Positions 26,510-39,170 of a DNA stretch of 64,000 bases are shown here, piece after piece. The position numbers and the translations under genes were made by a program. The notes beneath the pieces are model-generated. The model was not told where the DNA came from, did not search any database, and saw nothing but the letters and a program-made list of their open reading frames with translations. The DNA lies in NCBI GenBank assembly GCA_013239625.1, contig MU054391.1:8899095-8963094 (forward strand), written 5' to 3'. The number at the start of each line of letters is the position of its first letter. Positions within the stretch are counted from its first letter, which is position 1. This DNA is from Lama guanicoe (lineage: Eukaryota).

Positions 26510-28404
26510 TAGTGGTTTTCAAAGCATGGTCCCTGGGGATCCATTTTCAATGGACATGTAAGGTCAAGACTATTTTTATAACAACATTTAGAAATTATTT
26601 GCCTTTTTCACCATATTGGCATTTACTGGTGGAGCAAAAGCAATTGTAGGTAAAAGTACTGACACCTTAGTATGAATCTAGGCAGTGGCACCAAACTATT
26701 CGAGTAGTTATTACAGTTTTTACCACAATGCACTCTCAGGAAAAAAGAAAAAAGACAATTTCACCTAAGACTTTCTTTGATGAAGTGGTAAAAAAAATAT
26801 CGCTTTTATTAAATATCTAACCTTTAAGTATGTAGCTGTTTAATATCCTGTATGATCAAATGGGAAATACACATAAAGCTCAGGTTTCTAAGCTTCCCAT
26901 TAGTTCCTCGATGATTTTTTTATGGTAACCCGTAGATCAAAACAGACAAGCAAACAAAAAAGAAAACTACCAGTTCCACTTTTTAAGTAGGTCCAAAACA
27001 ATTTAGTACACATTTGAAAAATTATACATATATATGTAGTAATATGCATATTTATTTATACACACACACACACATATATAAACATTAATATCATTATGGC
27101 ATTCATAGATGACAAATACTTACCAAAGGGATGTGCCTATTGGTCACTGAATCAATTTTTCAAACCTTGGAATCAGATTGGATGCCACTCTCCTTTCCAT
27201 TTGCAGGTTGATTTTTGCCCAATGTCCAACAGATGTTGTGGTGTCTCCCTTAAAACTTTAAATACCGTTTGGAGCGGTGGTGTTTTAGAGGTGTTTTAGA
27301 GGTGCTTCAGCCTGCAATTTGGGAAATACAGACATAAAAATATTTCTGCTGACTATCCAGCTACAATACTTGTCTCAAAGAAGAGCACTTGCACAATGGC
27401 TTGAGATGCTGGTTGAACTAGACACTTTTTTCACAGAGCACCATTTTTTTCTTGAAAGAACAGCTGGCAGAGAATAGCTTGTCAGGCTTGAATATTTAAC
27501 ATGTTTTCTCCAAAATGAGTGAAGTGAGCTTGTTACATCAAGGACGGCAATTGATTGCATTCTTGACCAATGGTAACATTCAAGTTTTCAGATAAATATA
27601 ATTAATATATAATATAATATAAATTTTAAAACTTGCATAGACTACCATGGGTTGGACAGTTTTTCAATATTTAAAGACTTCTCTAATGAGATCTGTAGTG
27701 ATGTCAACAAATGTGATTTTTTAATATTGTGTTTTAAAATACCTTTTAAAATGTACATATTTTGAAAATCTGAATAACTCAGTGAACTGGTATTTTCCAA
27801 ATGACCAATACAACAAAAAGATTTATGAATTAAAAAATCCATTCCAGATGTAAATAAGGAAGCAGATTTTAATTCACCAGATTATAAAAAGTTCATGGAC
27901 GTGGTTTTAGATTCCACATTGCAACCAATTTTTAAGAAGCTACTATTTCTTCAGTTTTAGTATAGTACCAAAGCAGAATGTCCATAATTATCTGAAAAGG
28001 CTGTTCAAATAATTCAGTTTTTTTCCAATTGTGTGTCTAGAGAGACCAAGTTTTCTTCATATATTTCAACCAAAGAAGAAGATCAAATGTAGAAGCAGAT
28101 ATGAGAATTAATTGTCTTTTATTAAACCAGGCATTAAAAAGATATTACAAGATGTAACATAATGCCACTTTTCTCATTATTTTTTGAAAAACAGTCATTT
28201 TCATTGAAATGTTTACGTTAACATGTTTAGAGCTTCTTATTTTTAAATGAATTAATATATATTTTTTTGATTTCTCCAGTTTTGACTTCTAACTAAACAT
28301 TAATAGATAAAATCCACATTTAGAGGGGAAAAAAGTTCTCTGAGGTCACCAATAGTTGTTAAGATTTTAAAGGGTTCCTGAAAGCAAGTATTTGAGAACC
28401 GCTG
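26510..28404. mobile_element. Charlie1 (Charlie1a/b-like) hAT DNA transposon, interrupted
   Basis: TIRs 'agtggttttcaaa' and 'tttgagaaccgctg'. Internal Charlie1 motifs 'aggtcaagactatttttataaca', 'ggcagtggcaccaaact', 'ttttccaaatgaccaat' and 'agattccacattgcaac'. Confidence 0.85.
26879..27331. mobile_element. Charlie4a-like (MER80) hAT element nested in Charlie1
   Basis: 'caaaccttggaatcagattgga', 'gtccaacagatgttg' and terminus 'tttgggaaatacag'. 8-bp TSD acataaag (26871-78) / acataaaa (27332-39). Confidence 0.75.
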
Positions 28405-30719
28405 CTTTGGCCTTTTGGATTATGCAAAGAAAGATACATTACAGATGAGGAAAGTATGTTCATCAAAGTTAAAAGGACATGCCCAAGGACCATGATCATA
28501 GAATGTAACCAGAAGTAGTGTCAGAATGTGGATTTATGATGTTTCCCTGTGTTTTATGTTTTTCATATGGCTTAGGAAAAAGTAGACGTTTAGTCATACA
28601 AAAATAAAACAAGAGTACATTTAGAGAAACACAGAACAAGGCCAGCATGGATGTAGCAGCAAGAGCAACTTATTAACAGAGTCATTGACCTTGAGCTCAT
28701 AACATATTATTTATCCAAACAATCTAAAATGCAAGCCAAAAAGCTTGAGTTGTGTGAATATAGTGCTATAGGAGAAAAGAGCTAACTGGGCCTTCCAGGG
28801 GTAGGTAAAATGTTTTCAGAAGAAGGATTTGACCTGGGACCCTGCAATGACAGCACGAGGCATGCTCTCCTAGAACTCCCTGGGAATAGCCAAGTGGATG
28901 AAGTATGCATTTGTCTTAGAGGCTGCCCCTTGGTGACATTTAACCTGTAATAAAGCCACAGTCTGTCTTCACGTTTTCTGGGGTCTTGGCAGTCTCTGGG
29001 CCGTTCCAGCCAGATCTTAGGCTTGTGTTAAAGGGGATTGGTCCTCACCTCTATGTTCCATCTGTGTCTTCTGGACGCTTGTATTATTATCACATTGTAC
29101 TTATTTAATTGCCTGTTATTCCTACTAGACTGTTAGTTCCTAAGGGATAGAACCATGTTTTAGCGTCTTATTCATTGTTCTAATCTCCGTTCTCACATAG
29201 ATCCTGGCATATTAAAGGCACTTAATATATGTCTTTGGAATAATTTTTTTTAAGTGATAGGTCTTTTCAAGGCGTCACTTCCAATCACAGTGGTTAATGG
29301 TGAGCTGCTAAGTAAGACCCCTCTTAACATTGTTTTTTTTTTTAAGTTATTTATTATTTATTTTTTATTTTTGAGGAGATGAAAAAAGGGAGGGACGCAG
29401 AAGCCATGTTAACAAGGGAGCTCAAAAACCAGAGAGTCCTTGCAGCTTTCAGAATAGAAGATGCTTCTCCAGGCCAGGCTCCTGTCAAAGAGACCTGTTT
29501 TCTTTGCTGGATGTAGCAGGGAGAACTCAGTCCTGAAAGATTTTCTGGGGCTGTCCTATTATTGAAAAATCAATAGCTACATAAGATAGGGCATTAGGCC
29601 ATATTATGGGGCCTAAATTACAAATACCCTTTAATGTCTATGGAATCTTGTCTATTACTAAGCAATCGATCTTGGCTTTATCACCTCTCTCACTCCTGTC
29701 ATACATAAACATAGCAGCTCTGGATACGTTCAGAACGATGGGTTTCAAAACAAATGCCAACATTCCGAGAGAATCTGAATAGCCATGAACATAGGATTTT
29801 TATTACCAGGCCCATATTCTAGTGGGGAAGAATCGATTGTACATGGGTGCCCAAGTTAACACCACTCATACCATTAAAGGCATACCGCTCTACAGTTTTC
29901 AGAGAACACTGGCTGCACAAAAACAGCTAATTGTTCTAAGAGAAACTCATGAAGATCAAGATAATATGAGGCAAAAATTCCCTTTTCTGACCATCTTGTC
30001 TCTAGTGATTTCTTACTGAAGTTTATAACCACAGTCCCTAAAATTTCACCATTGTTCATTGCTAATGTAGACTAAAAATTAAAGGTTCCTGTTACACACC
30101 AGCTTTTTCCTATTAAAATGCTAACACACAGTGGAGAGAGAGAATATTAAAGCAAGAGGAGGGAGGAGGTGGGGAGATCAGTGTTATAGGAAGATAAATT
30201 TTACTGTCTGTAAGATGTATTAGGAGTAAGGGAGAGATGGAAACTACATTAATGAAGCACTGTATAGTTTCTCCATGGCGATGGTTTGAAATCAATTGAG
30301 GTGGACATTTGCTCCATGTAGGAAGAAGGCATATTTTTTATGTCTACATGGGATAAAAAGCATATTTATCTCTGTCCAGATGTAGATATGAACAAAGGGA
30401 AACTTAGGCAACAGGCTTAGACTCGGGTTTTTCTATTATTAAAGCTTCTATGGAGCCAGCATCTGGATGGAAACTCATATATCAGAAGAAGAGTCTTTAG
30501 CTCCCAACCCTGTGAATACTGACGTATAGTCAGAGGGGTTCCTCCTCCTCCAAACTCTCTGCTGCAAACTAGAATTGACACAAAACATATCTAGAAGTTG
30601 GGTTTTTCAAGCATGAGCCACCTGTTCTCCTTGTTTGGCCTTATAATAAACCTTTCTCTGCCCCGCCCACCAATATATTTAGCTAAGATATTCAACTGGC
30701 CTTGCATTGATGACGTCTA

Positions 30720-31110
30720 TAGATTTACTTATTCTTTAGTTATTCATTCAACAAATATCAACAGAGTATACCTACTTAATGTCAGGCTCTGATTAGTGAG
30801 TTGTTTCCATATAGGCCTATGGCTGGGAAGAACCAGATCATAGAGGGTTTTTCATGACTGGAGAGCATGGGAAGCCACTGGAGGATGTTAACTGGAGGAG
30901 TGACAGGGTCATATTTTAGTTTTTGACAGATCATGACTACCACATTGAATATGAGATTGGGGGCAGAAAGCTTAGAAGGAGGGAAAATTAGGAGGCTGTT
31001 GCAATATTCCAGGTAAGAGATCATAAATTTTCTAAAGTAGACAGAAACAATAGGAATAGAGAGGGGGGAACTGAGAAATAGAGACAATAGGATTTGTTGC
31101 TGGATGGCCA
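30720..31110 (-). mobile_element. L2 fragments
   Basis: 'tattcattcaacaaatatc...' and 'gggaagccactggaggatgttaac...ggagtgacagggtcatatttt...ttaggaggctgttgcaatattccagg'. Confidence 0.8.
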
Positions 31111-31350
31111 GTTCAGGACCTGATAACCTTCTGGGGCCATTGTCCTGTTGGACCCATTCTAAAGGACTCTAGTTGTAATAATGCCTCTAATGCGTACTTA
31201 ATTCTTGACCAGAGTTTGGCAATCTAAGTTGCGTAGTCAAAATGGGAGGGGGACTTTCTGAATATGGAGCCATCCTTACTGCCACCCACTCTGCAATGCT
31301 GTGCCTTCCTGTTCACACTCCTGCACATGTCAACCATCAGTAATCATCCA

Positions 31351-32016
31351 TTCCATTGTATGTTCTTGCCTTCTCTGTCAAAGATTAATTGACCAAAAGC
31401 TTGTGGGCTTATTTCTGGGCTCTCTATTGTGTTCCATTGATCCATACGTTTACTTTTGTACCAGTACCATGCTGTTTTGATTACTGTAGCTCTGTAGTAG
31501 TGTCTGAAGTCTGAGAGGGTTATTCCTCCATCTTCATTCTTTTTCCAACTTCTATTCAGCCATAAAAACTAATAAAATAATGCCGTTTGCAGCAACATGG
31601 GTAGACCTGGAGATTGTCATTCTAAGTGAAGTAGGCCAGAAAGAGAAAGAAAAATACCATATGATATCACTTACATGTGAAATCTTAAAAAAAAAGACAA
31701 ATAAACTTATTTACAAAACAGAAACAGACTCACAGACATAGAGAACAAACTTATGGTTATCAGCAGGGGGAGAGGAAAGAAGGGGGTGGGAAGGGATAAA
31801 TTGGGTGTTAGAGATTTGCAGATACTAACTAATATATATAAAATAGATAAACAAGTTCATACTGTATAGCACAGGGAACTATATTCAATGTCTTGCAGTA
31901 ACTTATGGTAAAAAATAATATACGTATGTTCATGTATGACTGACTCATTATGCTGTACACCAGAAAGTTGACACAACATTGTAAACTGACTATACTGCAA
32001 TAAAAATATATTTAAA
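31351..32016 (+). mobile_element. L1 insertion with 5' inversion (antisense ORF2 piece 31351-31545, sense 3' end 31546-32016)
   Basis: The inverted piece corresponds to the L1 ORF2 GGITLxDF...[13 protein letters not shown] region. The sense piece runs from 'ctattcagccataaa' to the A-rich tail. Degenerate TSD aatcatcca / aatccatcca. Confidence 0.88.
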
Positions 32017-33239
32017 AATCCATCCACAACTCAGCTGTTCTTTCCCACTAGCAAATATGTGGGTGATCAAGTTCCTTTCTTTCTCCCTTTCTCTTTCTCT
32101 CTCTCTCTCCCCCTACGGCTTATAACAGAATAAATAACAGTCAGAGAACATTGACCTCAAGCATAAGAAGCTATTGAATGCTGTTCTAGACCTTGTTCTA
32201 AGGTTCCTAAGGCTACAGATTATTGGGCAGTAGATATTCTGGTGTTATAAGCATTTCATCCCCTTTAGGAGTCCTTCCATCCTAACAAGGGTTTTGGCAC
32301 TTCTTTATCTAAATATCTGACCTATTCAAATAATAGATGCATGGGATTCTGAGCAGTAAAGGATGGTCTTCTGAGATTTCCTGATGTTTTGAGTATGATT
32401 AGTGTTAACTGGGGTGGACACACCTGCAAGGAACACTAAGATGACGAGGAATAGGAAGAAACTGTCTCAGTGCACTGGACTTTAGAGAAATGATTTGCCT
32501 ATGGAATCTATCCTCAAAAGCCAGGTCCTGGCATGTTCTAATATGTGTTATGCAGGAGCATGAGTTTTTTTAGACCAGGGTTATTGTCCAAGAAGTTCCA
32601 ACCTATTGCGTGATCAGAGCAGCAGTGCAGGTAACTGGGCTTTCTAGATGTGTGAGCAGGGAGGAAGCGTCATCATTTTAGGGAATAATAAATCAATTTA
32701 AAATATGACACTGGTATCCAGGAAGATGGGAGAGGGATTTTTTTTCCCCCCAAGGGAAGGAACTGGCAGATGATGGTCAGGTTTCAGGGATCCAACCAAG
32801 GAGACTCTCATCAGAGATGAGAAGGAAGGATTATTCCAGTGGGGTGCCCTGGACCAGGAGGTGCATGGGACATCTAAGCTTCACCCCATGCCCTCCTAAC
32901 CCAAATGTTGCTGGAGGCTCTTAATGCACACCCTGTTTGGGGCAGGATTGACTAGAGATATTAGCAGGAAAGAACTTGCAGATAAAAGGTGCCTTGAATT
33001 CTCCATCTCTTGAGATATCAATTTTTACAGAAATCCAACCTTTATGAGGTTTCAGTTCATCTTTGTTTCTGCTACCTTTTTAAGTAGACACATTCTGACT
33101 CTAGAGTTATCAATAATCTAGCTTTCTCAGTTTCTTTGTTGTCACACATGACACATATAAATGTAAATTATCCAACACAGACGATAGATTGTGCCAACCA
33201 GATGTGACTGCATTTTCCCCTTTTATGGGGACTAGATTT

Positions 33240-33850
33240 TATTCATATGACCTTTTGAGGCGGTATATAGGGATATGTGCAGCCATCCACCCTGAGTATA
33301 TTCCTAAGAATAGAATTGCTAGCTCATAGGAGAGAGATGTGTTTATAGCTTTATTAAACAATGCAAAAGTATTTCTAAGAGAGATGGACAAATTTACACT
33401 CCCACCAGAAATGTGTGCAAGTTCCAATGCTTTCCACCTTCAGTAGCATTTGATATTGTCAGTCTTTGGTATTTATCCAGTCTCGTGGGTGTGTAGTGAT
33501 GTACTGCAGTTGTGCTTTTAATTTATGTTTCCCTGATGACTAATGAGCTCTGGCCATTTGGATATTCTGTTTTGTGAAATACTTGCTCAAACTATTCTCA
33601 ATTTTTTAAAAAAAATTGGATTGTCTTTCTTTTTGTTGTTGTTTTATAGGACTGCTTTATATATTCTGGATACGAGTTTTGCGTTGCGTATATATTGTGA
33701 CTCTTATCCTTATCAACACACTGACTAGTCACTTTCTTGATGTCTTTTGATGGACAATTTCTTAATTTTAAAAAGTCATGTTTATGTTTTTCATTTTATA
33801 ATTAATGCTTTTGGGGTCCTATTTAAGAAATCTTTGCTTAACATGGTCTT
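33240..33850 (-). mobile_element. Ancient L1M ORF2 3' relic
   Basis: 'attcctaagaatagaattgct', 'aatttacactcccaccag', 'ttccctgatgactaatgag', 'ctttatatattctggatac' and 'tttaagaaatctttgc'. Confidence 0.8.
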
Positions 33851-33904
33851 CTGTTGGGTGAATAAAGATACACTGTCTGGAAATTGGGAATTCTGATGAG
33901 TCTA

Positions 33905-34610
33905 ACTTACTATTTAATAGATGTTAAGCTTTTAAATTTGAAATAAATATAACTTACGAAAAGGAGAGGGTAATTTTATTCAGTTTATTTATTTAAATGG
34001 AGGTACTGGGGATTGAATCCAGGACCTTGTGCATGCTAAGCACGCACTCTACCACTGAGCTGTACTCTCCCCCTTACCCAGTTTCTAATTGTTAACATTC
34101 TACCACATTTGTCCTCTCTCTTCATGTATGTCTACTTCAATGTGTATTTTCTAAAATATGAGGGTACATTCCTACATAACCACATTAAAACCATCTAAAT
34201 CAATAATTTGGTATGATATTACTATCCAGTATACAGACCCCATTAAAATTTTATCAATTGTCCCAATAATGAGACATTTTCAGCCAAACTAGCAAATAAA
34301 CAAACCTCATTTTTTCTCTAGCCCAAGATGCAAGTCAGGATGACTGGCTGCATTTTGTCATAGTTTTCATCTCCTTCGATCCAGGTTAGTTCTTCAATCT
34401 TTTCTTGTCTTTCATGATGATAATTTGAAGAATAGAGACCAATCATTTTGTAGACTAACTCTCCCTTTGTATTTGTGTGATATTTCCTTATAATTATATG
34501 GAAGTTGTACATTTGGGGCAAGGATTCCACAAAAATGACGTTGCATCGTTCTCTGTGCATCATCTCAGAAGGTGCACGATACTGATTTTCCCCATTGCTG
34601 GTCACTCCCT
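33905..34610 (-). mobile_element. L1MC/L1ME-type 3' UTR relic (hosts the SINE)
   Basis: 'ttgttaacattctaccacattt', 'caagtcaggatgactggctgcatttt' and 'ttgtacatttggggcaaggattccaca'. Confidence 0.65.
33984..34073 (-). mobile_element. tRNA-Ala(AGC)-derived SINE (camelid Vic-1 type)
   Basis: Minus strand reads GGGGGAGAGTACAGCTCAGTGGTAGAGTGCGTGCTTAGCATGCACAAGGTCCTGGATTCAATCCCCAGTACCTCCA followed by a TAAA tail. It has an A box, a B-box variant and a degenerate TSD ttattcagttt / ttacccagttt. Confidence 0.88.
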
Positions 34611-34899
34611 TGGTCTCCATCATCAGCTTGGCATCCCTGGTTGACTCACAGGAAGGGAAGCATGGGAACTGACATATAATTTCTAAAGTAATAGAAAGTA
34701 AAATTGAAAGAAGAAGACAATTTTCTCTATCATTTGAGCTTAATTTTGTTCTTTCTTATATAGCCTCTAACCACAATAATTTTAAGATTGGCTAAATAAT
34801 CAGCTTTAATAAGTGATGGATACTAATCATTGTGCTGGACTTGAGGCAGAGAAAATGGAAGACCTGGTTGATAATGTGCTCAGCATGAGTGAAGGGAAG

Positions 34900-35120
34900 G
34901 GAAGTAATATTTAGTGGCTGTCTACTCAACACCAACTACTTTCTTATGATGTTTTCAGGGATTAACTAACCTGATAGTAATACTCTAATGCAGCTCGCGT
35001 TATTTTTATGAGTGATGGGCACACTGAGCTCAATTACCTGCCCTTAAGATCACACAGCAACTGTGTGACACAGCCTGGATTTGAACCGAGGCTTGTCTGA
35101 CTTCAAAGACTGGCCTTTCC
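34900..35120 (-). mobile_element. MIR SINE
   Basis: 'aagatcacacagcaac...cagcctggatttgaaccgaggcttgtctgacttcaaagac'. Confidence 0.7.
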
Positions 35121-35785
35121 TCCCTATTCTGACCATTTCTTACTCTAAAGGATTGCACGTTTAAATGATAAGTATAGATAAGAGTTGAAGCGCTAATAAT
35201 TCTGCTTTTATTGAAGATCGACAAGCCTCAATGTCTAGAGAATGTCAGAACATAGGAAGTGGTGCTGAGAGAATGTGTTGAGTTTTTAAGTGTCTCAAGC
35301 ATGTTTGGGGTCATCTTTGAGAAAAGATTTAGGGACCGTCTTTCCTCGCAAGTAGGGAAAGAGGAGTTTTTCTTAGCTATGTTTTGCCAAAGACAGAATC
35401 TTTGCCTGTGGAGATAAGGATTTTTTTTTCTTGTGAACTGCACATTCTTTACGATAAGCAAGATTTACATGCTGGAGCAATTTCCACTATCTGAGAAAGA
35501 ATTCTTTACTCTAAACTGGCTGGATTCTACTACCTGTGGTGTTTTTCCCATTAAAAGTTATTTTATATGTAGCCCAACTGCTCTGTTCCCAAAATTGTCC
35601 ACAAAGTAAGAGCACATTTCATATTAAACCCCAAAATGATGACAACATGGTAACCTCTGACCTAATTCTTCTTTTTGGACTGTCCTACTTTCTCTTTCCA
35701 AGGGTTCCCAAGAATTCTAACTCAAGTGTGTTCAGAAAGCGATCCAACATGCGTTTCTGCTCAGGACTTATTTTCATGTCGCTGC

Positions 35786-36424
35786 TGTCAAATCAAAAAT
35801 GAATGAATCCAGGCTTAGTAAAGAGAGGCTTTATTTGAAAGGAGTATTTTAAGGATTATTCAAGGATTATTTCTCTGATTATATGGTCAGAATTATACTG
35901 TTACAGTAAGTAGGACTCTCTGACCATATGATCAGCAAGGTTTATGATCAAGGTTAGCCAAAGAGAGTTTTTCTTTCTTGGGAAATAAACAAGGCTAGAA
36001 ATAACCAGGTGGCATGAAAGGATGGCTCGATCAGATAGCAGATCATAGAATGCTGCCACCAGCCTATTTTTGAGGGAGTGGGTATTAGAAGAGGCTGGAT
36101 GCCGGCTCAGGCTGAGGTCAGAATTCAGGGTCTTATGGGGCGGAAATAAACTTAATCAAAATTGGGTTAATATGCATTTTGTTCTGATCGATGGCAGAGG
36201 AAAGCATCATCACCAATCATGAGTCAAAGAATGAGAACTGAGGTGTTTGTGTCTGGGTTCATCATATGGATACAAGGGTCTTGTATCTGTGAATCTTACT
36301 TACATCATTTGGGGAAGGATGTTTCTTTGCAGTAATCCATTTCCCAGAACACTAAAGAATGGGTGGGAGGTCTCTTAGCCACCGCTGTTTTTACAGGGTC
36401 ACAAAGCCAGGGTAAAATTCAACA
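35786..36424 (-). mobile_element. Probable solo LTR (ERV1-class), family unassigned
   Basis: TG...CA ends, ~640 bp long, with a minus-strand AATAAA (35830-35835) near the left (U5) end. No clear TSD. Confidence 0.5.
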
Positions 36425-36640
36425 TTTTCACTGTATTTCTGACCACTGTGTGGTCACTATGTTGCTGGACACAACTGTCTTCTATGCACGATGCTGCTGG
36501 TGCCACTGTTCTCACTCCAGAAGGGGACTCCCCTCTCGGCCACACCTTCCCAAGTATGGAGGAGAAGGTTCCGCTGAGTCAGCAGAGCACAGCTGAGATC
36601 AGCTTTGGCTTCCAGTGGGAAGTGATTAAAAGATGGGGCA

Positions 36641-37163
36641 CAAATGGCATTATTTCATTATTTTTTTATGGCTGAGTATTATCCATTGTGTGTGTGTGTG
36701 TGTGTGTGTATCGCATCTTCCTTATCCAATCATCTGCCAGTGGACATTTAGGTTACTTCCATGGATGGACCTAGAGATAATCTTTTAAATGAAGTCAGAC
36801 AGAAAAAGACAAATATCACATATCACTTATATGTGGAATCTAACATAATGAGAAAAATGAACTTATTTACAAAACAGAAATAGACTCCCAGACATAGAAA
36901 ACAAACTGTGTTTACCAAAAGGGAAAGGGTAGGGAGGGATAAATTGGAAGTTTGGGATTAGCAGATACAAACTATTATATATAAAATAGATAAACAGCAA
37001 GGTCCTATTGTATAGCACAGGGACCTCCACTCAATATTTTGTAATAACCTATAACAAGAATATGAAAAAGAATGCATACATAAATATGTATGACTGAATC
37101 ACTATGCTGTACACCAGAAACCAACACAACATTGTAAATAAACTGTATTTCAATTTAAAAAAT
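36641..37163 (+). mobile_element. L1 3' insertion with short 5' inversion (antisense 36641-~36763, sense ~36760-37163)
   Basis: Antisense 'aaatggcattatt...ggacatttaggttacttccatg' joins through a shared 'catg' to sense 'catggatggacctagag...ttcaatttaaaaaa'. Confidence 0.88.
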
Positions 37164-37739
37164 GTAGAAAGAGATGGAGGTAGAAAGAAGGAAAGCACAT
37201 CACAGAACACCTCATAACAACCACGTCTGGTCATGGTTATTTTTAGGTTTGGGTTCAAGAGTACCCTTCAGTTATAGGTACAGAAAGTGAGTCTTCATTT
37301 CCTGTCCCAGGATTAAGCTTCGCACGGGATGATACAGTGGGATTATCCACTTAAATAAGGTGTAAATCCAGTGTCACTCAGACAGTGACCTTGCCTTTGG
37401 GCGCCAGTGAAGCTAGTAAGATAATCAGACCAACAAGACTGCAGTCCATGATGTCCAGTTTCAACCGCTCAGTACTGAGCCCAGTCTTGTTCCCTGCACG
37501 CCACCTCCTCCAGGACGAGACGTAAAAATTGCTGCATCTCCTTGCTGGTACAGAGTCCTTTTCATCTCAGCTTGCTTCTCTTGATAACATTTATCCAGAG
37601 AAGAACACACAGAAGTTGCTAAGAATGAGCAATTATTTATAGACACTGTAATCTAAACTCACCCAGAGAGGGGAACAAAAAAAAAACCATTTATCTTCAA
37701 GGAAACAACAAAGAAACATTTCCTGAGCTTTCTGCCCTC

Positions 37740-38035
37740 ACCTGGCCTCTCCCACTTGGGTAGCTCCTCTTCCTCTTTGAAGGTTCAGCTTCAATATTCC
37801 TTTCCTAGGAAAACCTTGCCAACTCCACATTTAATGGTCCTCTGCTTATAGACTGTCAGAGTACTTTAATTCCTCATTGCCTTTGGGACATTTATCTTTA
37901 TAAATTATTTGTGTAATTTGTGCTTATTTTTTTTCTGTTTCCTATTATATAGCCCATGAACCCCGTTAGGAACATATATGACTTGTCAACACTAACTCAC
38001 CTGGCAAAGAGTTACTGTCAATAAATATTTGAGTG
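37740..38035 (+). mobile_element. L2 3' fragment
   Basis: 'ctttgaaggttcagcttcaatattcctttcctaggaaaaccttgcc'; ends 'tcaataaatatttgagtgaa'. Confidence 0.65.
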
Positions 38036-38504
38036 AAAATTTGCAGACAAAAGCTCTGATAGAAGATGCATCTGGCTCATTTAGGGGAAAAAAAGCAGTC
38101 AAGTATTGAGTCTAAGGTGATCAGCATTCAAGTTGAGGTTGACCTCACTGTTCCTAAAAATCATAGGTGAGAGCTGATTTATATTTGCATAAACAAATAT
38201 GACCCAGTGCTATGTTTTTTCGTTTGCTTTTATTTTCTTTTTTTCAGAACAAAGCCACTGCCTGCCTCAAAGGCAAATTGGAGTCTCCACTCTTGAGTGG
38301 TAGAAAAATATTCAAAAACTTTTGAAATGGCAGTTTTTCCAGCTTCTATGCCCATCATGATGTTTAAAATAATGGCTTAGTCTCAGCCAGTGTCTGAGGT
38401 TACATATGTTATTTTCAGAACTAATGACGTAGAGTGTAATTTGAGCTCTGGAAATGACAACACCTCTGTTCATTCTATGATTTACCATTTTCAAAGCAGT
38501 TTCA

Positions 38505-38690
38505 GGTTGGCTCATTTAATCTTCATGAGTACCTTTTGAGGAAAAAAAAAATTACACCCATTTTGCCAGTGAAGAAACTGCAAACTGTATCCAGCACTTG
38601 AGGGGCCCAAGACCGCACAGCTGAGAGCAGGGCTGGAATTCCAGCCCAGGTCTCCTGACTCGACATCCAGGGCACTGGCCACGACTCTCC
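38505..38690 (-). mobile_element. MIR SINE
   Basis: 'ctcatttaatcttcat...cccattttgccagtgaagaaactg...cagggctggaattccagcccaggtctcctgactc'. Confidence 0.8.
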
Positions 38691-39019
38691 AGCTGCTGAG
38701 TCAACAACAAGGGTGGTGTGGCCTATTTCATCTTAGTTTTAAATAGATTGTATGCATTTGGCCTCCTTTTCCAAAGGAGAGCCAATTGGGTTTATCTCAA
38801 AGTGGATTCTTTTTCTTTGGCTGTGAGCCTTCTTTTTCAAAGGATAATCAGAGTTGGAAAGGATCTCAGCAGTTATTCAGTCCAATGCAACATCCCCACC
38901 ATGTGGCTGTCCAGCCTAAACTTGAATGTCTGCACTGACGGAGAACTCACCCCTGTACCCATTCTCCTGTCTGTAGATATGGTGGCTTAAGATTTATGAC
39001 AACTATGATAAAACTACTA

Positions 39020-39170
39020 TAATCATCCTTACTTTATAAGAGAAGAAACCGAGGCATGCAAACTTTAAGCAATTTGCTCAAGGTTACATGTTTTGTAAAT
39101 TATAGACTCCAGCTTTGACCCCAAGTGGGCTGACTTGAGAGCCTTCTTGCTAAATGACATATTATGCTGT
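39020..39170 (-). mobile_element. MIR SINE
   Basis: 'actttataagagaagaaaccgaggcatgc...ttaagcaatttgctcaaggttacat'. Confidence 0.75.

Noticed and set aside
33998..34073. Functional tRNA-Ala gene
   Set aside because: It has an A-rich tail and TSD, a mutated B box (GGATTCAA) and sits inside an old L1, so it is a SINE.
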